Below are positions 1 to 7,897 of a stretch of DNA of 64,000 nt, one piece after another. This stretch comes from a virus (lineage: Duplodnaviria; Heunggongvirae; Uroviricota; Caudoviricetes), in the IMG/VR virus record IMGVR_UViG_3300028833_000055, positions 1 to 64,000 of that record; one strand, written 5' to 3'. The position numbers and the translations under genes were made by a program. The first letter of the stretch is position 1; each line of letters begins with the position of its first letter. Under the pieces are notes generated by a model that saw nothing but the letters and a program-made list of their open reading frames with translations, had not been told where the DNA came from and ran no database searches.

Positions 1-32
1 GACAGTTTATAAGACTGAGGAGATACACCCCA
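1..32 (-). ncRNA. Partial tRNA-like RNA (5' half, apparently lacking a D-arm; UAU in an anticodon-like loop), cut by the window edge
   Basis: Minus strand reads TGGGGTG-TA-TCTCCT-CAGT-CTTATAA-ACTG: possible acceptor strand, U8/A9, then a stem with a 7-nt C-U-NNN-A-A loop. It lies in a tRNA cluster; the 3' half is outside the window. Confidence 0.35.
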
Positions 33-109
33 AAAAATTACAAGGTTCTTAAACACAATTAACAATTTTGATTTGTTTGATATTATTGCTGTATGAACCT
101 TTACCAAAG

Positions 110-182
110 AGCCGGCGGGAGGACTCGAACCTTCGACTTGCGAATTACGAATCCGCCGCTCTACCAACTGAGCTACGCCGGC
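110..182 (-). tRNA. tRNA-Thr(CGT), CCA not encoded
   Basis: Cloverleaf: acceptor GCCGGCG/CGCCGGC, D arm GCTC/GAGC, anticodon arm GCGGA-TTCGTAA-TTCGC, T loop TTCGAGT. Confidence 0.93.
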
Positions 183-184
183 AT

Positions 185-430
185 TTACCATCGTTTTGGT
201 ACGATGGAGAGAACCTGTACTTGAAACCACTACAACCTAGGCAGCGGCGTACATCACCTGTTCGGTGTTTCTATTAAAGTTGCCATTTAACTGACCTATG
301 AACCTCTCCGTTTCCCATACTCATACAGCATCAATTCCAATGTCATCCCCATTAGTTTCTTTTTTTAATTGTGGAGATGCCGAGACTCGAACTCGGGTCT
401 ACCATACTTTCCTAAAAACATCAACGAAAT
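185..430 (-). ncRNA. ssrA: Circularly permuted (two-piece) tmRNA: acceptor piece about 430-372, linker 371-351, coding piece from 350 to about 185
   Basis: The 3' tRNA-like half (GAC-CCGAG-TTCGAGT-CTCGG-CATCTCC-A) lies upstream of the 5' half (GGGGATG...GGAATTGA). The acceptor stem GGGGATG/CATCTCC has G3:U70 and A73. P2 pairing is TGCTGTAT/GTATGGTA. A tag frame follows TTAAAT. Outer ends are approximate. Confidence 0.88.
237..284 (-). other. tmRNA proteolysis tag frame (A)GNFNRNTEQVMYAAA-stop
   Basis: GGC resume codon after TTAAAT, C-terminal YAAA and TAG stop. Gly-initiated tags are typical of Bacteroidota ssrA. Confidence 0.82.
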
Positions 431-437
431 CCATTTG

Positions 438-541
438 TGAGTACTACAAGACTCGAACTTGTACCTTTCTCCGTCCGGAGAACGCTCTTCTCCTATTCAC
501 ACCATACCGAATCACACGGATTGGTTTATCGCTAAGCACTC
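438..541 (-). ncRNA. Atypical tRNA-like RNA (expanded D region, no canonical anticodon loop)
   Basis: Acceptor GAGTGCT/AGTACTC+A and T arm ACAAG-TTCGAGT-CTTGT. The anticodon position holds TTCTCC-GGAC-GGAGAA (4-nt loop), and the D region is about 50 nt. Confidence 0.6.
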
Positions 542-547
542 AACTCT

Positions 548-555
548 TATTTATG
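548..555 (-). promoter_or_regulatory. Late-type promoter motif CATAAATA upstream of the tRNA-like RNA and tmRNA
   Basis: The same octamer recurs upstream of structural genes and resembles the T4 late promoter TATAAATA. Confidence 0.55.
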
Positions 556-590
556 AAAATTTTTTTTCGAAAAATACAAACTGTTTGCTG

Positions 591-626
591 ATATAAAGGT
601 GGGATTGGAAACCCCACCTTTTATAT
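591..626. terminator. Intrinsic terminator hairpin downstream of 631..1314
   Basis: Inverted repeat AAAGGTGGG/CCCACCTTT with A/T flanks. Confidence 0.6.
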
Positions 627-630
627 TCCA

Positions 631-1314
631 TTAGTCTTCTTCAAACACATCGCTTCTAAAAATGACATTAACCGTGTCATCGTTGCAGTCAAGAACGAAA
701 TCGTCGTTCTCATAACCGTCAAATACCGGATTCTTATCGGTAACATCACCGGTTATACAGTCAACATACACCTGACGGGTCTTGTTTCCAAAAATATACT
801 GCGGATTGCAGTTCTTCGGACCAACTTCCTTACGGAGTACGCAGTGTCTTGAGTGTGGTTTTACACAGTTTGTTTCCATCATTCTGTTCCAAGCGGTCGG
901 AAAATCAACATCAAGCGGAACAAATTCACGCATATCGTTGTCACCAACCCATAAACCTTCCTTTACTTCATATGCTGTTGTATCTGCTGTATGTGCTATA
1001 AGAACTGCAATAGGTCTAAATCCGCCGGTAATACTATCCACATATATTACCTTAAAGACATTGGCGACACCCGAAACATTGAAAGTATCGGCTTCGTCGA
1101 TAAAATCGACCATATCGATGCAACTTTCCATCCACTCGTAGTTCTCATAGTGCATACCCATATAAGAAAAGTCGTTCAACTGGGTTTCTGTAACATCGAT
1201 ACAAGCAAATTCGGTATTTTCCGGTTCCAAATCCTTTGGTTTCGAACAGCTGTTGCAAGAAACCATAAACATTGCCAAGGCAATTGTTGCCAAAATAAAA
1301 ATTCTCTTTACCAT
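631..1314 (-). CDS. Putative lipoprotein of unknown function
   Basis: 227 aa; basic N-terminus, hydrophobic stretch and lipobox-like MVSC. Confidence 0.7.
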   Translation of the reverse strand: MVKRIFILATIALAMFMVSCNSCSKPKDLEPENTEFACIDVTETQLNDFSYMGMHYENYEWMESCIDMVDFIDEADTFNVSGVANVFKVIYVDSITGGFRPIAVLIAHTADTTAYEVKEGLWVGDNDMREFVPLDVDFPTAWNRMMETNCVKPHSRHCVLRKEVGPKNCNPQYIFGNKTRQVYVDCITGDVTDKNPVFDGYENDDFVLDCNDDTVNVIFRSDVFEED

Positions 1315-1341
1315 TTTTTTAGTTTTTTTTGTTAGTTATAG

Positions 1342-1427
1342 TGCCAAAGGTGGGACTCGAACCCACACCCATCTTACGATGGACCAGATTTTGAGTCTGG
1401 CGCGTCTACCAATTCCGCCACTTTGGC
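1342..1427 (-). tRNA. tRNA-Leu(CAA), CCA not encoded
   Basis: Acceptor GCCAAAG/CTTTGGC, anticodon arm CCAGA-CTCAAAA-TCTGG, long variable arm CCATC/GATGG, T arm GTGGG-TTCGAGT-CCCAC. Confidence 0.95.
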
Positions 1428-1494
1428 ATTTTCGGGGGACAACCAAAGGAAGTCCCCCTACCAAACTTATGCAAAATATACCAACTTGTCCAAC

Positions 1495-1506
1495 ATGTCA
1501 AAGAAC
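1495..1506 (-). promoter_or_regulatory. boxA-like antitermination element GTTCTTTGACAT
   Basis: Matches the rrn-type boxA pattern GYTCTTTRA. It lies just downstream of the promoter-like motif at 1523-1537 and upstream of the tRNA cluster. Confidence 0.6.
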
Positions 1507-1515
1507 CTTTTTTCG

Positions 1516-1540
1516 TTCAAATTAAATATAACAAAAAATA
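1516..1540 (-). promoter_or_regulatory. Promoter-like motif TTTTTTGTTATATTTAA
   Basis: A 25-nt exact copy lies at 50202-50226; the core also occurs near 13916, 23014 and 52101, always intergenic upstream of minus-strand genes. Confidence 0.55.
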
Positions 1541-1645
1541 AATCCTTGTGTAAAAAAATTTGAACTTTTTTTCAACCCTCTTGAGAATGGAACTCAAACC
1601 AAAATTCTGAAAGAAATTCCGAACTTTTTAAGGTCGTTTTCTGTA

Positions 1646-1657
1646 TCTCAAAGAGCG
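1646..1657 (-). promoter_or_regulatory. Second boxA-like element CGCTCTTTGAGA
   Basis: boxA-like sequence about 15 nt downstream of the TATCTTTG promoter element at 1673-1680. Confidence 0.5.
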
Positions 1658-1672
1658 TTTGTTTTTACATTG

Positions 1673-1684
1673 CAAAGATACTAT
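1673..1684 (-). promoter_or_regulatory. Host-sigma (Bacteroidota -7, TAnnTTTG) early promoter ATAGTATCTTTG
   Basis: The exact 12-mer occurs seven times (1673, 4280, 8765, 22995, 29881, 32357, 55917), all on the minus strand at gene boundaries. Confidence 0.75.
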
Positions 1685-1743
1685 CTTTTTTTAAAAAACA
1701 ACAAAAAAATTTAATTTTTTTTTCAATGTTGATTTTCAATCAC

Positions 1744-3243
1744 TTATAAGTACCTTTTATACTCTTCCGGTGAAACTACACCCACATTTTGATGGAACAG
1801 ACTTATCAATTCCTTCGTGTTTTCGTCATTTTTTATTAAATTCCGAAAAGTTTCCTTCGCTATCTTCAAGCAGGTCTGGCGGGTGATTTCCGGATTCGAG
1901 CAAGCGTTACTTATAAGTACATCCAGTATCTGCTTCACAATACGACCCGGCTTTATGTTAAGGGCATCCATTATGTCGTTACCGTCCACAGGGAGCTTGT
2001 ATCCGAACATTTTCGAAACGGACGCACATTCCATAAATTTCCTGTACTGTCCCGTTATGCAATGTGACTTCTCGTGTGCAAGGTTGTCGTCCTCTATCAC
2101 ACGGCAGGTTCTCTCGAACCTCTCCATAGTCCCGCAGATGTACATAAACCTGTTCACGTGCTTGTTCTTCATCTTGCGGCAGTCGTTCTCGAACCCCTTC
2201 GTCCTCATATGGTTCCTGATTATGAAGCAGACCTCATCTATCGTATGGTTGTCGAACTTCAGTCTCATCAGGATTCCCTTCGCCACATCCGAACCGATAT
2301 ATTCGTGGTCGTAGAAATGAACCTTTCCGTTCTTCACGGTCCTGCACATTATCTTCCCTATGTCGTGGAGGAGGGCGGCGAGACGGCAAATCAAGTCCGG
2401 TTCGAAAAGTTTGCAGTCGTTTTCAAGAACCGCCATCGTATGAACCCATACGTCACCGAAATGGTATGCGTTCTGTTCAAGACCCTTGCAGAGGTCGAGT
2501 TCGGGGATGACATAGTTCATCGCCCCAATCTCACTTATGGTTTCGATACCGTCCTTTGCATACCTTGACATAAGGATTTTGCAAAGTTCCGTGTTGATTC
2601 TCTCCGCCTTTATGATTCTGAGCCTGTTCACATTCCTCTTCATCGCCTCGAATGTCTTGTCGGAAATCTTGAAGCCGAGCTTGCAGGAAAACCTGATGAC
2701 ACGCAAAATCCTCAAAGGGTCGTCTATGAACGTCTGGTCAACCATCTGGTCCGAAACCACCTCCATAGGAACTCTCAGAATACTGTCGTGAATGTCCTGT
2801 ATCCCGTAACCAGTGAAATCCTCGACCTTCTTCTCGCTTATATTATAGTAGAGGGCGTTTATGGTGAGGTCTCTTCTGGTAGCATCCTCCTTGATGCCGG
2901 CAAACTCGGTGACGGGGTTGCGTGAACCCAAGTCGGTGTATTTCTCACCACGGGTCATAACACACTCTATCTCCTCTTCGGGGAACTTCTTGAAATGGAA
3001 CATAGCGGTACCGTAGGTCTCGTATATGACAACCTTTCCGGTAAGACCTTTCGTCTCACAGAAATCTGCAAATCTGATACCACCTTGAGGGAGGTCTATA
3101 ACAAGGTCTATGTCCTTGATTTCCAATTCCATAACCAAGTCACGAACAGAACCGCCCACAGCGAATATGTGTCCCTCGAACTCACTTCCCTTTGTGATTT
3201 CATCAATATATGATGTTATTTCTAAAAACTTTTCTTTCTTCAT
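1744..3243 (-). CDS. cca: CCA-adding tRNA nucleotidyltransferase with HD domain
   Basis: Motifs VGGSVRD, DID, EDATRRDLTINA, DDPLRILR, ERINTEL and LLHDIGK (HD). Confidence 0.93.
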   Translation of the reverse strand: MKKEKFLEITSYIDEITKGSEFEGHIFAVGGSVRDLVMELEIKDIDLVIDLPQGGIRFADFCETKGLTGKVVIYETYGTAMFHFKKFPEEEIECVMTRGEKYTDLGSRNPVTEFAGIKEDATRRDLTINALYYNISEKKVEDFTGYGIQDIHDSILRVPMEVVSDQMVDQTFIDDPLRILRVIRFSCKLGFKISDKTFEAMKRNVNRLRIIKAERINTELCKILMSRYAKDGIETISEIGAMNYVIPELDLCKGLEQNAYHFGDVWVHTMAVLENDCKLFEPDLICRLAALLHDIGKIMCRTVKNGKVHFYDHEYIGSDVAKGILMRLKFDNHTIDEVCFIIRNHMRTKGFENDCRKMKNKHVNRFMYICGTMERFERTCRVIEDDNLAHEKSHCITGQYRKFMECASVSKMFGYKLPVDGNDIMDALNIKPGRIVKQILDVLISNACSNPEITRQTCLKIAKETFRNLIKNDENTKELISLFHQNVGVVSPEEYKRYL

Positions 3244-3254
3244 TTCCTATCTCC

Positions 3255-3911
3255 TTAAACTAATTGTGCTTTCTTCCAGTTCTTCGTCCAGTGTTCATCC
3301 GTCTGAACGTGATTTGCACGGACATATTTACAGACACATCGAGGAAACTCGTTGATTGGGAACGAATCCACCAGTCTCATAACGATACCCTCTCTGCCAC
3401 ACCAACCATAGTATGAAGTGTGTTCCATCAACTCATCGATGATTTCCTTCACTTCAGACTCTTCCCTCAACACTGTACGGTGAAGTTCCGGTACATTTGG
3501 TACATCAAGTATCTTGGCAAACTCTTTCACTTCATCCCAACCATACCACAGATTTCCGTCATTCACGGCGAAAAGATGCCAATATGAAGTCAGACAGTCG
3601 TAGTGGATTGAGTGTTCACCATACAAGTTCTCACCGTATATCGTTTCGTTTGGCCCGATAAGATTCTTAATCTTCCAATATAAACCGTCGGATGAATCCC
3701 AAAGGTTTCTCGACCAAGGTGAACGAGTTGGAGCACCGTGAGACCTTGCATAGACATCCACACAGTTCATTGCAGTGTTTTCGCCATCGAGTTTCTCGGT
3801 GAATACGACTTCCTTTCCTTTGTAGAAGTCGAACCATCCGTCTTGCAACCTTTTGTCGTCACTTGTTGCTCCTGGTGAAAACGGGAGATGATATGTTCTT
3901 GGGTATTTCAT
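3255..3911 (-). CDS. ATP-dependent RNA ligase family protein
   Basis: KYPRTYHLP N-terminus, motif I TEKLDGEN, YGEN, REGIVMR, KYVR. Confidence 0.85.
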   Translation of the reverse strand: MKYPRTYHLPFSPGATSDDKRLQDGWFDFYKGKEVVFTEKLDGENTAMNCVDVYARSHGAPTRSPWSRNLWDSSDGLYWKIKNLIGPNETIYGENLYGEHSIHYDCLTSYWHLFAVNDGNLWYGWDEVKEFAKILDVPNVPELHRTVLREESEVKEIIDELMEHTSYYGWCGREGIVMRLVDSFPINEFPRCVCKYVRANHVQTDEHWTKNWKKAQLV

Positions 3912-4267
3912 TATCCTATTTCTTTCATTGCATTTTCAACACAACCGTATTTTTCTTTTATTTCGTCACTGAACATATATGTCATTGTTGTGAAATCATC
4001 CACAATCTCGTTTAAATACCACATTTTGAGACATTCTTTGAAATGGGGTATCATAAGTGTCATAACCACCCTGTTATACAAATACACACGCTTTAAACCT
4101 TCGTTGTATCCAACGATATGCATTGTAAACGAAACGTCTTTGTTGAAACCGATAAGAACCGCCATTTCATTTTCATTTTCTTTCTGACGGTTTTTCAGTC
4201 TCTCCTCCAATTCGGACATAAACTTCTCTTTACGAGCCAATTCCTCCAACATTCTTTTGTCTGCCAT
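3911..4267 (-). CDS. Hypothetical protein
   Basis: 118 aa ORF, 12 nt downstream of the early promoter at 4280. Confidence 0.65.
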   Translation of the reverse strand: MADKRMLEELARKEKFMSELEERLKNRQKENENEMAVLIGFNKDVSFTMHIVGYNEGLKRVYLYNRVVMTLMIPHFKECLKMWYLNEIVDDFTTMTYMFSDEIKEKYGCVENAMKEIG

Positions 4268-4291
4268 TTTATTTTTTTACAAAGATACTAT

Positions 4292-4723
4292 TTATTTTCC
4301 ATAAATTATCACTTTTGTGAACTCCGGACGGTAGTTTCCTTCAACTATGTCCCAGTAGTTCTCGACCTCAACGCAAGATACGTGAGTATCCGTGCAGTAA
4401 TACACATAACCGTCACAGTCGTCGAAAGTCCCGTCTTCGAGCATTTTCTTCGCCTCCTCCATAGTGAGGATGTAGTCACGCCTGTTAATCTTTCTTTCGA
4501 GAACTTTGTCTATATCAATGGTCCTGTTCTTGTTCTCTGTTCCGTCACCCTCTTTTTCGAAATGATGGAGGAAAGTCTTGAATACATTGGAACAAATATC
4601 CAACGACAGACCTATCTTTTTACATTCACGGAAAAGCGAACACCCTTCCGGATTGCACACATCATTGTAACCTTTGACAAGGATGTGCTTGACACCATCT
4701 ATTACTATAAAGTTATCTTCCAT
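4292..4723 (-). CDS. Hypothetical protein
   Basis: 143 aa ORF tiling the minus-strand operon. Confidence 0.65.
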   Translation of the reverse strand: MEDNFIVIDGVKHILVKGYNDVCNPEGCSLFRECKKIGLSLDICSNVFKTFLHHFEKEGDGTENKNRTIDIDKVLERKINRRDYILTMEEAKKMLEDGTFDDCDGYVYYCTDTHVSCVEVENYWDIVEGNYRPEFTKVIIYGK

Positions 4724-4725
4724 AC

Positions 4726-4905
4726 CTAAATTCTTTCTTCAAGATTTTTGATAGCAACAACAGATGTGCGAATGTCTATAAAACAACAAGTTGTACCACC
4801 TATTTCAACGGGTTCGCTTGTTATGAACGCTTCTTCTCTTTCCTCAAATCCCAAAATCGGATAATACCATACTTTCTTTCCAACTATTATATCTTTCTTT
4901 TTCAT
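4726..4905 (-). CDS. Small hypothetical protein (59 aa; not in the ORF track)
   Basis: MKKKDIIVGKKVWYYPILG...LEERI*; fills the gap between neighbours. Confidence 0.6.
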   Translation of the reverse strand: MKKKDIIVGKKVWYYPILGFEEREEAFITSEPVEIGGTTCCFIDIRTSVVAIKNLEERI

Positions 4906-4914
4906 AATATTAAA

Positions 4915-5037
4915 TTATTTTACTTCATTATCACAGCATTCATAGTCACAACAACCGGTGCCATCGCAAGTCAAATAAGACAACTCACAGGTATACTCTG
5001 TTGTACAATGAATACACATATCGTTAATGTAACTCAT
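4915..5037 (-). CDS. Cys-rich mini-protein (40 aa, 8 Cys; not in the ORF track)
   Basis: MSYINDMCIHCTTEYTCELSYLTCDGTGCCDYECCDNEVK*; tiles between neighbours. Confidence 0.5.
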   Translation of the reverse strand: MSYINDMCIHCTTEYTCELSYLTCDGTGCCDYECCDNEVK

Positions 5038-5050
5038 ATCTCAATTATGT

Positions 5051-5452
5051 TTAGTATAAATCTTCACTGAATAACTCTCTATCATAACCACCGTTGTCAT
5101 CTATCTGACCTGCGGCTTTCGCTATTTTCCACGCCTCTTTACGGTTGACAAACCTGCCGGTGGTTGTGATGAAACCCTGTACAGTCTTGCAGCGGGTAAG
5201 TGAACCTTCCTGCCATCCGTACTTGTACTTCAGCTCCTCGTACTTCTGGATTTCTTCCTTATTACCTTCGGCGAACATTCCCTTCAACCAATATGGATTC
5301 GTTGGAAGTACATCAAGAATGAATGGGTGACGGTAGCCACACAAAACAAATCCGGTCTCTACTCCATAAGTAGAGGTCTGGAACCTGTATTTCAAACCGT
5401 TGTCATAGTGGATTGCCGCACACAATATTCTTTCATCCATTTTTTGCATCAT
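5051..5452 (-). CDS. Hypothetical phage protein
   Basis: ILCAAIH...QGFITTTGRFVNRKEAWKIA...LFSEDLY, a pattern common in small phage proteins. Confidence 0.7.
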   Translation of the reverse strand: MMQKMDERILCAAIHYDNGLKYRFQTSTYGVETGFVLCGYRHPFILDVLPTNPYWLKGMFAEGNKEEIQKYEELKYKYGWQEGSLTRCKTVQGFITTTGRFVNRKEAWKIAKAAGQIDDNGGYDRELFSEDLY

Positions 5453-5468
5453 CTCTCACTAAGTTAAT

Positions 5469-5614
5469 TTAAACGTTAAGTTGTGTCATATCATTTTCAT
5501 CGGTAAAATTCACTTCATCGTATAGTGTTAACATCCTTTGTGCAATGGCATTATAAATGTAATCAAAGTTTCCTTTTTTACATGTATCGCAATATCAATA
5601 TATTTCTTATCCAT
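5469..5614 (-). pseudogene. Frameshifted paralog of 5643..5828 (pseudogene or -1 frameshift at A_AAA_AAG)
   Basis: MDKKYIDIAIHVKK, then the -1 frame GNFDYIYNAIAQRMLTLYDE..., aligns in register with the adjacent paralog through the IAQ motif. Confidence 0.55.
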
Positions 5615-5642
5615 AATATATTGTTTTATTTGCTTCTTTACT

Positions 5643-5828
5643 TTATTTTTTTTCAGATTCATCATCTATTGGTTTATATTCAACATTAATTTTATCTATA
5701 TTATTGTCCTTTACGAATTTTCTCATTTCATCATCCTGATTTAATGTTCCTTGTGCAATGATACCATTAACATAATAAAGATATTCTCGTTTAACATTCA
5801 CTACAATATCAATATCTTTTTTGTCCAT
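5643..5828 (-). CDS. Small hypothetical protein
   Basis: 61 aa, AT-rich, with a tandem paralog downstream. Confidence 0.6.
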   Translation of the reverse strand: MDKKDIDIVVNVKREYLYYVNGIIAQGTLNQDDEMRKFVKDNNIDKINVEYKPIDDESEKK

Positions 5829-5852
5829 AATATATTATTTATTTTGTTTATG

Positions 5853-6353
5853 TTATTCGTTATTGATTTTTATTTTGTTCTTTTCACACCACTTTTCGTA
5901 AGTTGTGGTTCTTGCACCGTTACGCTTCAAGATGAGCATCTCATATGAATAGGCCGCATAATTCTTGTCCGTATTGATGCGTTCTATTCTCTTTCTGTGG
6001 TTCTCATCACATTTGTCCATAACTTCCTCCAGATGGTCATAATATTCCTTCCAGTTTTCAATTCTTGCGGCGGACTCCAGTTCGGTCTCCTCACGCTCTA
6101 TCTCCTGTGTCAGAAAAATCTTATATTCTCCACCCCCTTCTTCGTCATACTCCTGTTCAACCACATTATAACCTATCTTATGGTCAACGACTTTGAAACC
6201 GTCGGCCTTCATTCTTTCAATGTGGTTCTTACACCTTTCGATAAACTCCTCCATTTCCTCGATGGTGCGTTCTCCTGCGTCCGCTATACAATCTTGCACT
6301 CCGGTAACTTCAACGGTTACCTTATCTTCGATTTCGTTTCCTTTGTATTTCAT
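5853..6353 (-). CDS. Hypothetical protein (MxYKG paralog family)
   Basis: Similar to 7467..7895 and 29894..30331. Confidence 0.7.
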   Translation of the reverse strand: MKYKGNEIEDKVTVEVTGVQDCIADAGERTIEEMEEFIERCKNHIERMKADGFKVVDHKIGYNVVEQEYDEEGGGEYKIFLTQEIEREETELESAARIENWKEYYDHLEEVMDKCDENHRKRIERINTDKNYAAYSYEMLILKRNGARTTTYEKWCEKNKIKINNE

Positions 6354-6355
6354 CT

Positions 6356-7441
6356 TTATTCCTTTTTAAAACTTCTTATTAATGATAATATCGCCAGTTT
6401 CTGCTCTTCATCCAAGTCTTTCCAGAGAGTTTGAATATCATCTTCCATCTTCGATGTGGTGTTTTCGTGCTGAACTCTCCTTTTGACCATATTGGCCGAA
6501 ATCATATCGTCCTCACTCAGAATATCCATATGTGATTCGAGGACACTCATAAGACACTTCGTCTCCCCAAGTGTCGCCGACCTCATACTGTCGTAGTCGT
6601 TGGGACAGAACCAACCCTTTGTATTGTAGTCGTCCACTTCACCGTTCTCGTTTACGTGGATGCAGAACCTGCTCTTGATTTCGTCCGACTTGTCCTTCTC
6701 ATATTCACAGACATAATCGACTATGGCCACCCATCTCCAGTTCTTCTTTTCGTTCACGAATGTGACAACCTCGTCCCGACTATAATTCGGACGCCAGTTG
6801 ATACAAGTGTTTTCATCGTCATCGAACTTATTTCCGCTTTCAAGCAATATGGTTTTTCCCTCATATCCCTTGACCGTTTCAACTCTGCGGTATCCGTCTA
6901 TGAGACTCTCACCCTTTACATAACTACGACAGATGTGGACTATACTGGAACCGTCCCATTCGAGACCGTTATTTGCAAGGATTTTCAAGAAGGCCTCTCT
7001 CTGATTGTTATTGGCAAAGGTCCAGTCCGAAACATCCGCACACCCAACCACATCACCGTTTTCGATATAATAGTTGATGCAGTTGTCGCTATACACACTC
7101 TTCACCATACCCAGTTGATTGGTCTTCTCGTTATAGATTACGGTTCCTTCCTGAAACCAAATCGTCTTCCAGTTCTTCCAATTTCCACAGGGACAATGAT
7201 GTTTCTTGTCGCCAGGAAAAATTACACACTCTCCATCGGAGCAAAGTCTTCCGAATTCGTCAAATCCCACCGATGTACCCCCTTTTCTCGAGAGAACGAT
7301 TAAATTCTGGCCGTCATCACTGGTGGTAAACATCAAAAACTGCATATTACCGAACGCCGGTGAGAAAAATTCAAGGTTTTCAAGGATAACATCCCTTTCA
7401 GCAAGCGATTTGAGCAAACGATAAATATTAAACTGTTCCAT
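6356..7441 (-). CDS. Hypothetical protein
   Basis: 361 aa ORF in the operon; no recognisable catalytic motif. Confidence 0.7.
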   Translation of the reverse strand: MEQFNIYRLLKSLAERDVILENLEFFSPAFGNMQFLMFTTSDDGQNLIVLSRKGGTSVGFDEFGRLCSDGECVIFPGDKKHHCPCGNWKNWKTIWFQEGTVIYNEKTNQLGMVKSVYSDNCINYYIENGDVVGCADVSDWTFANNNQREAFLKILANNGLEWDGSSIVHICRSYVKGESLIDGYRRVETVKGYEGKTILLESGNKFDDDENTCINWRPNYSRDEVVTFVNEKKNWRWVAIVDYVCEYEKDKSDEIKSRFCIHVNENGEVDDYNTKGWFCPNDYDSMRSATLGETKCLMSVLESHMDILSEDDMISANMVKRRVQHENTTSKMEDDIQTLWKDLDEEQKLAILSLIRSFKKE

Positions 7442-7466
7442 AACTTATTCTTTTATATATTCCGAT

Positions 7467-7895
7467 TTATTCCTCCTTCGTTATCTTATATCCGAGCGAT
7501 TGAAGATGCATTATCTCGGAACGAATCCTTTCACATTCGAAATCCTTCTGGTACTCTTCTTTCTCTTTTACCATACCGTCGATTCTCTTCTTTTCACTTT
7601 CAATTCTCTTCTTCTTGTCGGACTCATTTTCGGGTTCAGACCATTGAAGTTCACATGTTACTTGAGCGTCATTATAATCAGTCTCTTCCATTCCGGTGAT
7701 ATTCACACCGATATTTCTTACTTTTATCCCCTTCTCCTTTAACTCCGCTTCCTTGTCTTCGATGACCTTAATCAGATTTTTCAGGTCTTCCTTTTCAGCA
7801 TACCAATTTCGAGAACCGTCTTCACCGAACTGGGGTAAATCTTCGTAATAATAAGCGGGGTTCTCGTCCACTATAAAATATCCCTTGTAATTCAT
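7467..7895 (-). CDS. Hypothetical protein (MxYKG paralog family)
   Basis: MNYKG...KKRIESEKKRID...GYKITK. Confidence 0.7.
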   Translation of the reverse strand: MNYKGYFIVDENPAYYYEDLPQFGEDGSRNWYAEKEDLKNLIKVIEDKEAELKEKGIKVRNIGVNITGMEETDYNDAQVTCELQWSEPENESDKKKRIESEKKRIDGMVKEKEEYQKDFECERIRSEIMHLQSLGYKITKEE

Positions 7896-7897
7896 AA

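Noticed and set aside
68-591. Plus-strand ORFs 68..277 and 298..591
   Set aside because: They are antisense to tRNA, tmRNA and tRNA-like genes and show no protein features.
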